From NCBI GenBank assembly GCA_951406725.2, contig OX597837.1:44516001-44580000 (forward strand): a stretch of DNA of 64,000 nt. The letters run 5' to 3'. The notes under the pieces are model-generated. The model ran no database searches. It was not told the DNA's origin and saw nothing but the letters and a program-made list of their open reading frames with translations. The translations under genes and the position numbers were made by a program. Positions 1-13,849 of this stretch are shown here, piece after piece; the first letter of the stretch is position 1, and every line of letters starts with the position of its first letter. Source of the DNA: Octopus vulgaris (taxonomy: Eukaryota).

Positions 1-62
1 GATGAAATCTTCAGGAAGCTCTGAATGAAACAGTTCTAGTCCTGTAGAAGCTCCTTCTATAA

Positions 63-98
<36 letters not shown>

Positions 99-522
99 GC
101 ACATACACACACACATACGGGTGTATGTGTGTGTGTGGTCCATTGCGGCTAAGTTTTATGTTGCACAAATCATTCATTGAGCACAACATTTGAAAGTGAA
201 ACTAGAACTGACGAAAGAATATTTAAAAAAATCACAAAACACGACTAACCCATAACCCACGTATCGCACACGCAACGGAACATATTGCTTGATATAAGTG
301 TACACTTATGTACCGCCGTTGCATAGCATGCTGCATGCTATCCTTTGTTTCATATTGTGGTAACTTATTTTGTAGTAGTTTGTTATATATGTTCAACGAG
401 GCAGACTAAGAACTTACGCCAGCAAATGATCGGAGGTCTAAAAAAGACTAACACGATTTTTTACCTCGATGATCCGTACTCATTTCTGAAATAATTAACT
501 GGGATCTTTATATCGAATATGT

Positions 523-868
523 GGAGGCGCAATGGCCCAGTGGTTAGGGCAGCGGACTCGCGGTCATAGGATCGCGGTTTCGATTCCCAGACCGTGAGTG
601 TTTATTGAGCGAAAACACCCAAAAGCTCCACGAGGCTCCGGCAGGGGATGGTGGTGATCCCTGATGTACTCTTTCACCACAACTTTCTCTCACTCTTTCT
701 TCCGGCCTTGTCACTCTCTGTGACACGCTGAATATCCCCGAGAACTACGTTAAGGGTTCACGTGTCTGTGGAGTGCTCAGCCACTTACACGTTAATTTCA
801 CGAGCAGGCTGTTCCGTTGATTCGGATCAACCGGAACCCTCGTCGTCGTAACCGACGGAGTGCTTCCA
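523..868 (+). mobile_element. tRNA-derived SINE (family C)
   Basis: ggaggcgcaatggcccagtggttagg (A box)...ggtttcgattccc (B box); related head at 57606; 3' pieces on - at ~14880, ~15070-15125 and ~32860-32940. Confidence 0.8.
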
Positions 869-1000
869 TCCATATCGAATATAGATAGATAAGATCAGTG
901 CATCCTCTACAGATACACAAACACGGATGCTCGTACATACATACAGAGAAACACCCCCACCACACGCACGTATAATTGATACATATACTCTTTACCCTTT

Positions 1001-1220
1001 ACTCTTTTACTTGTTTCAGTCATTTGAGTGTGCCCATGCTGGAGCACCGCCTTTAGTCGAGCAAATCGACCCCAGGACTTATTCTTTGTAAGCCTAGTAC
1101 TCATTCTATCGGTCTGTTTTGCCGAGCCGCTAAGTTACGGGGACGGAAAGACACCAGCATCGGTTGTCAAGTTATGTTGAAGGGAGAAACACAGACACAC
1201 AAACATATACACACACTTAC

Positions 1221-1300
<80 letters not shown>

Positions 1301-1455
1301 GACAAGCTTCTTTCAGTTCCCGTTTACCAAATGAACTCACAAGGCTTTGGTCGGCCCGAGTAGTAGAAGACACTTGCCCAAGGTGCCGCGCAGTGGGAAT
1401 AAACCCGGAACCATGTGGTTGGTAAGCAAAACTACTTACCACACAGCCACTGCTT
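1001..1455 (-). mobile_element. tRNA-derived CORE-type SINE (family A) with an internal CA/TA microsatellite
   Basis: Minus strand has A box gtggctgtgtggtaag, a B-box-like motif, CORE-like ccttgggcaagtgtc and an aaagagta tail; there are more than 12 copies or fragments in the window. Confidence 0.85.
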
Positions 1456-1591
1456 TACCTATATATGTATACAGAATGTATATGTGTGTGTGTATATACA
1501 TACATATATATGTATGTATGTATGCAGTATGCAGTACAGTCATTTAAATATGCGCAAATCTCTACTACAGCAGCAGCAATGACTGCTGCTG

Positions 1592-1660
<69 letters not shown>

Positions 1661-1729
1661 TTTTCACCACTATATTGCTGTTGCTACTCCACTGCTAATT
1701 ATTAATTAATTTTTTTCTATATTTTTCAG

Positions 1730-2716
1730 AATCCCTATTCAAATGGCGAGTTTTTCGGTGCCGTCGGAGTGTTGCTGTTCATAATAATAATTTTGATAGT
1801 AGTAATAATTTTGGGTTATTGTTGGTGGCGAAAGCAAAGAGATAACGACGACGGTGACAGTGAGGCGAACTTAGCGACGAAGCCGTCAGCCATCGCAGAG
1901 TACGACAATCTTTCGAAGAATTCTTCCAAGATGAACGGCATTGAAAACAATGCTGCAAATTTATCAGGCTTACTAGAGAGCGGTGATCTTCCAAAAGAAG
2001 ACTACGACAGTGAGTCGCAGGTGCCTCCCCTGAAAAGCGACGTTGTTGAAAAAATAGAAAATGAAAACCTGTATACTAGTCTTGGGCCAAGAATTCCCGA
2101 CAACGCAGCTGGAGATTCTTTACCAGCTGAAGAGCCTCCAATCCGTACTATAGTATATGACAACTTGGAAAGTGTTCCTACTCTGGAAGATATGGAGGGA
2201 ATCCCTGACAACACAGAGGTGGCATCTCCTGATCCCTTGGAAAGCGTTCCTACTCAGGAAGATACGGATGCAATCTATAATAACTCAGATGTAGCATCTC
2301 AACAATCTTTAGAAGTTCCAGTAACCATGACATTTGCTGATTTAGGCAAGAATAATAGCGTCAGTTTTGCTGATGACGACAATTTGTTGGAACCTGACAC
2401 CGATGGCCAAGACGATAACCAGACGGATGGTCTTTCATACGTCGACCATATTGACAATGATGGCAACAACGATGACGACGATAACCATTCCGATTCTTCA
2501 GATAAACCAAATGATGAAGAAATGACGTGGGTTGTTGCTGACAACGATGGCAGTCAACTTGGCCAAGAAGATACTGATCAAACGACAGATGAAGAATCGC
2601 CGCAGCAGAGTCCTTTGCCACAAAACAATGAAATAGCTTATGCACCGCTTCTAGATGACTCACAAAGAGATTCATGGGGAACCACTAACCCTGTGTATGA
2701 TTCTATCAGACTTTAA
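1730..2716 (+). CDS. Terminal coding exon of a single-pass transmembrane protein (TM helix plus about 295-aa acidic cytoplasmic tail with Tyr signalling motifs); upstream exons not identified in the window
   Basis: Acceptor ttttttctatatttttcag ends at 1729. The phase-0 frame reads NPYSNGEFFGAVGVLLFIIIILIVVIILGYCWWRKQR...NPVYDSIRL* with TAA at 2714-2716. It is 987 nt of non-repetitive, open sequence, with a hydrophobic TM followed by a basic stop-transfer RKQR. Confidence 0.85.
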   Translation, partial: NPYSNGEFFGAVGVLLFIIIILIVVIILGYCWWRKQRDNDDGDSEANLATKPSAIAEYDNLSKNSSKMNGIENNAANLSGLLESGDLPKEDYDSESQVPPLKSDVVEKIENENLYTSLGPRIPDNAAGDSLPAEEPPIRTIVYDNLESVPTLEDMEGIPDNTEVASPDPLESVPTQEDTDAIYNNSDVASQQSLEVPVTMTFADLGKNNSVSFADDDNLLEPDTDGQDDNQTDGLSYVDHIDNDGNNDDDDNHSDSSDKPNDEEMTWVVADNDGSQLGQEDTDQTTDEESPQQSPLPQNNEIAYAPLLDDSQRDSWGTTNPVYDSIRL

Positions 2717-3213
2717 GGAATAGAAACAACGAAGAACCTTAACCGAACTCATAACAAGCTTCTTCTATTCCTAATCCAACGTTCTCCCTTCTTCTAATCG
2801 ACATTATCATAATCATTTTTCATAATCATCCACAAACTGCGACAATAATTCTCTCCGTAAAAGAAGAAACCTTTGGTATGAACTACCCCCCCCCCCCACC
2901 CCAAAAAAAAACAAACAAAAAAAAAACAACAAAAGCAAAAAACAAAGCAAAACAAAACCAATAACAGACAAACAAGAAAACCGAACGGTATTTAGCACAC
3001 ACTCACTCACGCAAATTATACTGCGCTTATACATAAAGTACGTCCATATATGCAGCCGTGCATTCATGTATACGTGTGTATATATAGTAATGCCATGGAT
3101 GTTTAACATATATGAGTGTATATTTTACAGTAAAACCTATGTAGAAGTATATACATGATGTGGAAGAGCCATGCAGCGAAACTCATTACTGACAATCTTC
3201 ATGATCACATATG

Positions 3214-3301
<88 letters not shown>

Positions 3302-3353
3302 CATATATACATATATATATATATACATATATATGTATATATATATACATATG

Positions 3354-3443
<90 letters not shown>

Positions 3444-3446
<3 letters not shown>

Positions 3447-3545
3447 CAAAATGGGACAAGGACGCAAAACATTCGGACAACTAGGTGTTGTTGTCCCTTT
3501 TTTTATCACCTAGTTGTCCGGACGTTTTGCATTCTTGTCCCATTT

Positions 3546-3550
<5 letters not shown>
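3444..3550. repeat. Inverted-repeat element (44-bp arms, 19-bp spacer) embedded in (TA)n
   Basis: atacaaaatgggacaag...ctaggtg / cacctag...cttgtcccattttgtat; a related terminus occurs at about 62670-62700. Confidence 0.85.
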
Positions 3551-3611
<61 letters not shown>

Positions 3612-3838
3612 CATATATATGTATAAATATATATATGCGTATGTATATATGTATGTATATATACGTATTTTTGTACATGTATATGTATATATATGTGTGT
3701 GTATATATATACTTGTATATGCATACATATGTATACATGCATGTATAATATTATATAAGTAAATGTATGCGTATGCATATCTATTTCTGTATCAGCTCAC
3801 CTGTTTTTGTGTATACACATATCATATGCACACACCCC

Positions 3839-3902
<64 letters not shown>

Positions 3903-4424
3903 CACATGTATGAAATTTTATATCTGTCTTTATGTATGTCTATCTGCGTTTGTCTTCTTTCTGTGTTATCACTTCACTATCACGTCTGACAACCAGCTGT
4001 CCAAAAAATGAAATTGATACAATAAGTATCAGAATTAAGGAAAAAGCCCCCCCAAAAAACGTGGAACGCAAGTACTGCGTTCGTTTTGCTCGGCCAAAAC
4101 CCTTTCAGAGTAGTGTCCCTGCACGGTCGCTCTCTAATGTCTAAGTCAAGTTATAAAAATCTTTAAAATATATTCTCTTTTAGATGTACACAGAAACGAT
4201 AGAAAATCTAAAGACGAAATGAAAGACAGTAAACATTCAACGCACAAATAAATGCTCCAGCCTGAGCTTAGTATTTGAGACGCACTGAAAGGATAGAAAA
4301 AAAATACAACAAGAAGTTAAGATATGCGATTCATTTAACCAAATACTGCAACTTTTCTTCATCTGCTTCAAACAGAGAAAACGCTGACAGAATTGATAGA
4401 GGCCTTCAGCAAAAGAACTCCTCG

Positions 4425-4465
<41 letters not shown>

Positions 4466-5427
4466 TACTCACGCACACACATACACATGCATACACACGC
4501 ATACACACACATGTACATACACATGCACACACACACACATACACTCATACAAACACACACACACACACACACGCACATGCTCTACATTGCCTGCTTTCAA
4601 TGTAGAATCCTTCATGTAAATTTTGATTTTGTGTCTTTATGCATAAAATTCATCGTTGATTACATCTTGTCAAAAGAAGCAAAGAATGAAAATGACCCAG
4701 AAATCGGAAGGAAAAACGGAGAAAAGCAAGCAAATGAATGATATAACAGTATTATTTATCGTTTTATCGTACTTAATTTAAGAAAATCGAACTAAATTTG
4801 CTCCCAAAGTCCTTCGGTAATTAATAGGTAACACGGGTTCTCCGGGAAGAAGTAGCTAATTATTTCGTGCCCCATGCAAATGGACCTCTTGTATTTTGTG
4901 TTTTTGTTTATGTTTATGTTTATGTAAACACAGCCGTTAATACATACATACATACTCTCTCTCTCTCCCTCCCCCTTTCTCTCTTTTTTTTTCACACACA
5001 CGCACACACACACACTCACACACATGCAGAGAAATATACATATGTTTTTAACAGCTAACGATATAATTGTGTGCAAAATCAATAATTTGATTTTTTTTTA
5101 CTATTATTTATGTTTGACAATTAATTATTGTAATTGTAATTGCTTAATTGAGTTTTTCTATTTTATTAATGAATTCTGATGAAACTAATAAACAATGCAT
5201 ATATATATTTATATATATATATACATTTATATATAATAATTATATATAACTATATATTTATATATAATATTTATATATATCTATACATTTATATATATAA
5301 TATATATATATATATGTAAAGAACTTTTTGTAAAAGTTCCTACCGATAATGGTTATATTTCCATACCGAAACTGCTCGGTAATAATTATTAATTTTTAAA
5401 ATTGATAATTATTTACCCTATATATTA

Positions 5428-5491
<64 letters not shown>

Positions 5492-5492
5492 C

Positions 5493-5525
<33 letters not shown>

Positions 5526-7300
5526 ATATTCATGCATATCTATACATTTGTGTACATATAAATACATGTAGAGATATATGTGTGTGTGTGAGTGTGTATG
5601 TTTGTATTTATATATGCACGTATAAACATAATTATACCAAACTTACGAGCAAAGAAAAGAGTTGGGAAAAATGAGATTTCTAATTAAAATAACAAGTTAA
5701 TTAATCAACTCCTTTGGACGTATTTCCATGACCAAGGTTTTTTTTCCGAATTTAAAGTAACACTTTCTCGTTCATATATGGCATGTCAATCAATCAGCCT
5801 CTTCTATCAGCCACCCGTATAAACGTGGTTCTGTATCTTAGTCCGGGTAAATAGATATTTTAGTTATTATTTTAGACGGTGTGGTCGATTTTGCCTTTCC
5901 TCCTTTCGGGGTCGGTCAATTAAGTACCAGTGAAATACTGGGGTCGACGTAATCGATTAGGCCCGTCCCCTAAAATTTCAGGCCTTGTGTCTTAAGTAAG
6001 ACGATGAATAGACAGGATTGTTAATATCGCACACAGAAATGTATAACAGCATTTCTTTGGACATTTTCTTTATGTTCTGGCTTCAAATGCCGCCGAGATC
6101 GACTTTGCTTTTCATCCCTACGAGATCGATGAAATAAAGTACCAGTAATGTACTGGATTCGATGTGAATCGACTAGGAGATTGCAGTGATCTCACTCGCT
6201 TATACACCATGGAAATCGGATACCGGCCTCAGGAAAAAAAAAGAGAAAAAATGGTAGAGCACCGTGCTATATCTGTTACAGTAGTCAATTATTTTCCTTT
6301 CTACGTTTTGAGTAGACTGTATCAGGTTTAGTATAAAATGTTATTCCACCTCAGTGGTATGTAAATAGGGACCGGATATTTTAGTGGTTTCCTCTTAATT
6401 ATCTATAGAACCATTGAACTTCACCAAATAAAGTGAACGTAGGGGACTGTACTTGTTCGCCTGACTTGCTAGAAATAATAGTCTTACTAGCCTCCATTCA
6501 CATCCAGCCTAGCGCCTTTGAAAGGGGATCCGAAGACTATTCATTGCTGACCAAGGTTCCTTGCACATAGAAAATATGTTGGATGCTCACGGCTGGAATG
6601 CCTTTGATCATAGGTGAACTCTATAAGGATTAATTTGGATTTAGCACAAAACAAAACATAACTATTCAACAAAATTATTTAAATAAACTTGTATTATGAG
6701 GACCATCCAGCAACGGTTAAGATACATTTTCGCTTATTCAGCGACACGCTTTCGATTCCAAGATTAATCTACTTCACTTATATGTACACTCCTCTTGTTT
6801 CTGGTCTCCATAAGAATAGAGCTCATTTATGTTTATCGAAATATAACCGCAACTAACTCACTTACTGATCACACCGTCCTCCCAGTTTAGCGTAACTGGC
6901 TAAACTCTGTGTACCTGTATCAGAGACTTCTCTGTGTTGCAAGTATAAGTTATTGGCGTTTAGTATAATGATAGGGGTATCGAGATATATCCACACACTG
7001 CTCCCTACTGATGTATCAACTCAAACAGTTGCGATTTTCTTCAGAAAAGTCATGATGCCTGAAGAATCGTACCTGGCGAGACACTATGAATAACATAGAG
7101 CTAATCATTAGTTAAAGTATACATACACACGCGCACAACAAAAGTAAACACACACAAAGAGGCATACATACGCACTCATACACACATATAGTGTTACGGG
7201 TAGTAAAGGCAGAGGAACTAAAACAGAATATATTACTTTATTGAGTTCTCATTAAATTATTCGTGCATATACGTGCATATATATATATATATATATACAT

Positions 7301-7360
<60 letters not shown>

Positions 7361-7533
7361 ATCTGTGCGAGTGTGTGTATAGTTTGACGTGGTATACAGA
7401 TCTTATATATTAACGAAAAGAAGGTTGTCAGAATTTGGATAAGATCTATTTAAATCTTTTATCCTTTTAAGGGATTCATAGTAATGAAAGCGCTAAATAA
7501 TTTTCTATCCAAATCATAACTACCGTCTTTTTC

Positions 7534-7603
<70 letters not shown>

Positions 7604-8265
7604 GTATATATACATATAAATATAATATATATGTATGTATATATAGTTGAAAACAAAAAAACGAAGCTAGGTGTATGAACAAGTGTATTAGTTTGACGCC
7701 TGGGAAAATGAAAAAGTCTTTTACATTTCGAGTCTATGCTCTTTAACAGAAAGGAATAAGAAAATAAACAGAGAGAGAATGAAAAAGTCGTGTAGATTTC
7801 AGCGGTTCAGCATGGCGAATATATATATATATATATATATATAAGCATATATATATATACATATATATGTATATATATATATGTGTGTATGTGTGTGTGT
7901 ATATATGAGAATACATGTGAGAGTATGCGTGAATGTGTCTGTCGTTTTGTATATATAAATATAAATACGTATAAATACATATACATAATCAAATACTTAG
8001 ATATAAATATATATGTATATATGTATGTATATATATATGCACATATATATTTATATATATATATAAATATTTATATATACGTGTCTATATAAAAAATATT
8101 ACACATAATATATATTTCATATAATATATTTTTTTATTCCCCTTGTAAATTGTTAGAAGTGTTGATGTTTTAATGAAACAATGAAATGAAGTAATTACTC
8201 CTATGAATAAATGCTTTTGATACCTTATAATGGCTTTCCAGACTCATATTTATCGATCTTGTATT

Positions 8266-8349
<84 letters not shown>

Positions 8350-8497
8350 CATATATATATATATGTGTGTATGTATATATGTATATATATATATATATAT
8401 ATAATCCAAGCAAGAAAGCACAAAAAAACACAACAACGCGAAGACGTGGGACAAGTATAGTATTATTGGACGCTCAGGAAAGAAGGAAAGAAGGAGG

Positions 8498-8532
8498 GTT
8501 TAACCTTTCGAGCGGAGTTCTTCATCGGAAAC
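8498..8532 (-). ncRNA. Degenerate minimal hammerhead motif in a (TA)n-flanked element
   Basis: Reverse complement reads gttt-CCGATGA-agaactccgctc-GAAA-gg-TT-aaac; stem I gttt/aaac. Confidence 0.45.
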
Positions 8533-8739
8533 ATAGGAGAGGGAAAGATCCAGAGAAGAGAAAACAGAGGAAAAAAAATCGCCAACGGTACACACGAGGT
8601 CGCATATATATATATATGTATACATACATATACATATATATATATATGCATGCTTGTATTTTATTCGTATATTTTTTATCGGTTTCAGCTCAAAGCTGCG
8701 GCCATGCTGGGGCACCGCCGTTTTGCTTCATTATTATTA

Positions 8740-10590
8740 TTGACAGCCTTCTCTGATACGTGGCACTTGGTGAATGAGGGAGTTTAATGTCGCTGCCCTC
8801 ATTTGCGCTCCCTCCCGCGTGGTGAGATCATCTGGAACTCTCGACAGGAACCGATCCAGTTTTGTTTTCAGAACACCTATATCCACTTTGTATTGATCCA
8901 TCAGGCTCTTTGGGAGAATGTTAAAAAGCTGTGGGCCCCCTAAATCCAGGCTGTTGCAATAACTGGTCTTGAAACGCGACAACGATGTTGGGATCTTTGT
9001 TACTGTGCAGTGGCGACCCTTTCTTGTTTTTTGCGTAGCTTTCAATGCCAAAATCTGGTACAATCTCTTCCAAGACCTTTCAGATGTATAATACTGCATA
9101 TCTCTCCCACCTTCGCTCCAGAGTTTTAGCTGTTTCAGTCTATCCCAGGAGCTGAGCTGTTGCAGTGGGATGTTCATTTTTGTGTAGATTCGATGGATTG
9201 CTTCAAGATCCGCTCTAAATTTTACACTGTAGGTTGACCATAGTTGGGATCGATAATACAGGCAACTGAAGACGAATATCCTCTAGAGGACCATCATGAT
9301 TTCTTTCTCTTTGGTTCTGAAGGTTCTCAGGATCCAGCCAGCCAGCCGTCTGCACTTTGTTGCTATCTTGGTAATATGCACTTTGAAAGAGGTATCATCA
9401 CCCATGTCGATACCCAGACCTTGCACTGATTTAGGTTCTGGGATTGCAATCCCTCTGTGTTAGTGTACCTTGTATGTTTTTCGTTCAATTTTGGGTGCTG
9501 GTAGCGCAGGGCTTAGAATTTTCCAGCATTAAACTGCATATTATTGACATTAGCATATCGGTAAATTGCGGCCAACTTATGATGCAGATGTGCAACATCG
9601 CTAGGGTTTTGTATTTTCTGCGAGACTTTCGTGTCTTCTGTGTTGCTAGCAAGGGAAGCTGAGATCATATCTGAGAGGGCCACTATGAAAAGCAGTCGTG
9701 GTAAGACAGTGCCCTGTGGAACACCAATTACTATTTGTGTTTCCTTTGGGGTAGCACCATTGGCCACGACTGCCTGACTTCTGCCTTTCAGAAAGACATG
9801 TAACCATTCTCCAAGTTTTCTAGCTAATTCAAGGATCTCGCAGTTTGTGGCATATCACACCATGATCAACTTCATCAAAAGCCTTTTCAAAATCAAGGTA
9901 TATTACTTCTACATTTGAGTTGTCGAGTAACTGCTTCAACGCCCAGTCATAGTGCTATAGGAGCTGGTTCAAGCGGCTCCTACGTGGTCCAAAACCATGC
10001 TGGATATCACTCAGCTTGTCGTTTTCTTCAAGGAATGTGATGAGTTTCCCTCTGGCTATTCGTTCCATGACTTTGCTGATATGTGAAGTCAGAGAGATAG
10101 GCCCTTAGGTTTTGGCTTCAACTCTGCTTCCTCCTTTGTGGATTAGGCATACTCCCTCCTTCAGTTTACATTGCAGCTTGCCATTCGTTAGAAAACTGTG
10201 GAAGAAAATCTGTAGTCGTTTTACCAGGGTGCGTTTGCACGATGTGAAATGGATTGCTGGGAAACCCTCAGAGAAAGCAGTTGAGTTTGTGTCCACCTCA
10301 TCTATGGCTAGTGTTAGCTAGTGTTATATCTTCTTCCCCAATGTCGATGAAATCTATCGTAACTGGCTTGCTGATTGTAGATGAGGCGGCAAAGAGATCC
10401 AGTGGTTCGTTCACTTATCTGTGTTCCATCGGGGTAGTAAAGACACTTTTGAACTGGTCATTCAACACTTCACTGATCCTGGTTGGGTTATCTGTGAGGG
10501 AGCCGTCTTTTTGGAAGAGGGGACCTATTTTGCAGTGTACTGAGGCCGTTTCTTTGGCATAATGAAAGCCTTTGGGTTTGACTTTGTGTT
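8740..10590 (-). mobile_element. 5'-truncated, frameshifted CR1-group LINE (reverse transcriptase and C-terminus)
   Basis: Fragments YLDFEKAFDEVDHG, GVPQGTVLPRLLF, DTKV, NNMQFNAGKF, WDRLKQLKL and GPQLFNILPK in several frames. Confidence 0.85.
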
Positions 10591-10634
10591 ATACACATGC
10601 GGTCACACACACACATATATATATTAATGAATAA

Positions 10635-10706
<72 letters not shown>

Positions 10707-11125
10707 GGCGCAGGCGTAGATGTGTTGTAAGAAGCTTGCTTCCCAACCACGTGGTTCCGGGATCAGTCCCACTGTTTGGCACCTTGGTATGTCTTCTACT
10801 ATAGCCTCGGGCCGACCAAAGACATTATGACTGGATTTGGTAGACAGACACTGAAAGAAGTTCGGTGTATATATTTGTGCATTTGTGACTGTCTTTATCC
10901 CACTGTAACCATCTTCTGACAACCGTAACTTAGCGGTTCGGCAAGAGAGACCGATAGAACAAGTACTAGGATTACAAAGAGACTTATTAATTACAAATAT
11001 GTCTTGGGGGTCGATTTGTTCGACTAAAGAACCTTAAGGTGGTGTTCCAGCATGGCCGCATCCAAATGACTGAAACGAATAAAAGAATAAAAGAATAAAA
11101 GAATAAAAGAATAAAAGAATAAAAG
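10707..11125 (+). mobile_element. SINE family A
   Basis: ggcgcaggcgtag...ggatcagtccc head; tail of (aaagaata)n. Confidence 0.8.
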
Positions 11126-11734
11126 AACGTGTGTATGTATAAGAGAGTGTATATGTGAGAACAGTGCTTCTTCTCCATAACGAATGTCCTTTCTTAACAG
11201 ATAAACACACACAATGGCAGACAGGCCAGCAGACAGACAGACAGACAGACAGACAGATAAGAGGAGTGGTAGAAAGAGGCACCGGTCATGATTTCACTCG
11301 GGTCATTTACTGCTCTTATCCATTATACTAATCGTCATCGGATAAAGCCGGACTCATTAATAAAACATCTTAAAACGATTGCTGCTAACAATGAAGCCTC
11401 ACAAAGTGCGCGCATTAATAACGCCATCACGTCTTTCCATTGCTTTCCACTCTATCGCTTTCTCTACCTCTCTGTCTCTCTGTCTCTTTCTATCTCTCAT
11501 TGACTCTCCCTGCTGTCACGTCCTCCCTCTCTTCCTCGCTCTCTCTTTCGCTTCTCTTCCCCTCTATCTCTCTCTTTCTCTTCTCTTTCACTCCTATTCT
11601 TTCACTGCTCTTCTCCGTCTGTTTCTCTCTATATGAAATGTATGCGCAAGTGTATGAATGTGTTGATGTGTTTTTTTCTTAGTGCGGTGTGTCTTTGAGT
11701 ATGTGCGTGTGTGTGGTGCGTGCGTGCGTGCGTG

Positions 11735-11768
<34 letters not shown>

Positions 11769-11807
11769 CTTCCTGAAGTTTGTGTGATATATATATATAT
11801 ATCCTTC

Positions 11808-11842
<35 letters not shown>

Positions 11843-11891
11843 CGCCTTTTATATATATATATGTATATGTATATATATATGCATATGTATA

Positions 11892-11923
<32 letters not shown>

Positions 11924-11942
11924 CACATACACACATATATAT

Positions 11943-12150
11943 TCTTTTAATTGTTTCAGTCATTTGAGCGCGGTCATGCTGGAGCACGCCTTTAGTCGAG
12001 CAAATCGGTCCCAGAACTAATTCTTTGTAAGCCTATCACTTATTCTATCCGTCCCTTTTGCCGAACCGCTAAGTTACGTGGACGTAAACACACCAACGTC
12101 GGTTGCCAAGCGATAGTGTGGGATAAACACAGTCATACAAACATATGCAT

Positions 12151-12187
<37 letters not shown>

Positions 12188-12340
12188 CGACGGGTTTCTT
12201 TCAGTTTCCGTCAACCAAATCCACTCACAAGGCTTTGGTCGGCCCGAGGCTATAGTAGAAACACTCTCCCAAGGAGCCACGCAGTGGAACTGAACCTGAA
12301 ACCATGTGGTTAGCAAGCAAGCTACTTACCACGCAGCCAA
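11943..12340 (-). mobile_element. SINE family A
   Basis: Collinear similarity to 1001-1455. Confidence 0.85.
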
Positions 12341-12625
12341 CGCATGCATACATATATGTGGGTGTGTATATGCGTGTGTACATATGTATCTGCGTTTAAA
12401 TATGTATGTGTGTGATCGCGTTTCTCAAAGTTATGTGTATATATGCATGCAATTTCGTTTTCTTATGTATATATATATACACTCATACATGCTCATACAT
12501 ACCTATATTCCTAGGTATGTAAAAAATGGATCTACAAGTTAAATATCCCTTTTTTCTTTCCTCCACCTCACTCTCTATTTTGTATCTTATCTAACTTAAC
12601 CCTTACTTAACCATCCTCTCACACC

Positions 12626-12677
12626 GTCTCCGATGAAGGGATATTATTAATAGATATCCTAGAAACAGCTGTAAGAC
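12626..12677 (+). ncRNA. Minimal type-I hammerhead ribozyme motif (Penelope-type, palindromic stem/loop III)
   Basis: gtct-CCGATGA-agggatat..atatcct-a-GAAA-cagctg-TA-agac. Stem I gtct/agac, stem II ggatat/atatcc, palindrome CAGCTG, U4>C core variant. Confidence 0.65.
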
Positions 12678-12741
12678 CTTCTACCTATAAATGTTCTAAT
12701 ATCTACATACCTTTGGTTTTTACGCAAAAAAGTCTTATAAG

Positions 12742-12793
<52 letters not shown>

Positions 12794-13031
12794 CAATTGT
12801 AGCATGGAAGGTGCTTATAAGCCATTTAAGAAACACACAAAAACCGTTAGATTCACTTCAACATTTAAATTTAATTTATCAAAATATTTTCGTCGCTTTG
12901 AAACCGCGACCTGTTCACTGACAAAATTCCGTATTCCATATTTTGGCAAATTAAATTTAAATGTTGAAGTGAATCAAAGGGTTTTTATGTACTTCTTAAA
13001 TGGCTTATAAACACCTTCCACGCTGCAATTG
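12794..13031. repeat. Inverted-repeat element (about 84-bp arms) embedded in (TA)n
   Basis: caattgtagcatggaaggtg...aaatttaattt (to 12877) versus aaattaaattt...caccttccacgctgcaattg (from 12948). Confidence 0.85.
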
Positions 13032-13088
13032 ATTTCGTTCCAGCACACGATCTCAGATCAGGTCACTTGCTATGCAAGTACATCTCCG

Positions 13089-13123
<35 letters not shown>

Positions 13124-13226
13124 TGTGTGTATGTATATGTATGTATATTTGCATATATGTATGCATTTATTTATGCATGTGTCAGTTTACCTGAAAGATG
13201 TGCATTTCTCTTAGTGTTGAATATAA

Positions 13227-13296
<70 letters not shown>

Positions 13297-13849
13297 GTAT
13301 GTATTTATGTATGTATGTATGTATGTATGTGTCTATGTATGTATGTATGTATGTATGTATGTATGTATGTGTGTATGTATGTATGTATGTATGTATGTAT
13401 GTATGTATGTATGTATGTATGTATGTATGTATGTATGTATGTATGTATGTATGTATGTATGTATGTATGTACGGATATGTGTTTAAGTGATGTCTACTTA
13501 TGTATTTACGTATGTGTGTGCGTGTTTCTCTACGAGATGTATGCGTAAATGCAGATGGCGCTTTGCAATATCAGTCATAAGAGCAGCATCCATGATTCAA
13601 TACCTCAGCTTCCGCGTTGAAAGATCAGAGATTACAAAACAAAACAACAATTCATCTTATTCAAAGAAACAAAAGCTACCATGAAGATGTACACTGGAAG
13701 AATAATCACAACCCATAAAAAGCTCTGCAAATCTACTGCTGCTGCTGGTGCTGCTGCTGCTGCTGCTAACGCTGCTGCTAATGTTGCTGCTAATGTTGCT
13801 GTCGAAAAACGAATATCAATGACGATCCGGATGATTTTATAAAAGGATA

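Noticed and set aside
523-595. tRNA genes at SINE heads (also 57606, ~16550-16608, ~36640-36706)
   Set aside because: A and B boxes are present, but there is no complete cloverleaf and each continues into a SINE body.
1465-1698. Poly-Thr ORF as a mucin-like stalk for the TM protein
   Set aside because: It is in a different frame from the 1730 exon, ends in a stop at 1696-1698 and has no suitable donor; it is an intronic (ACT)n tract.
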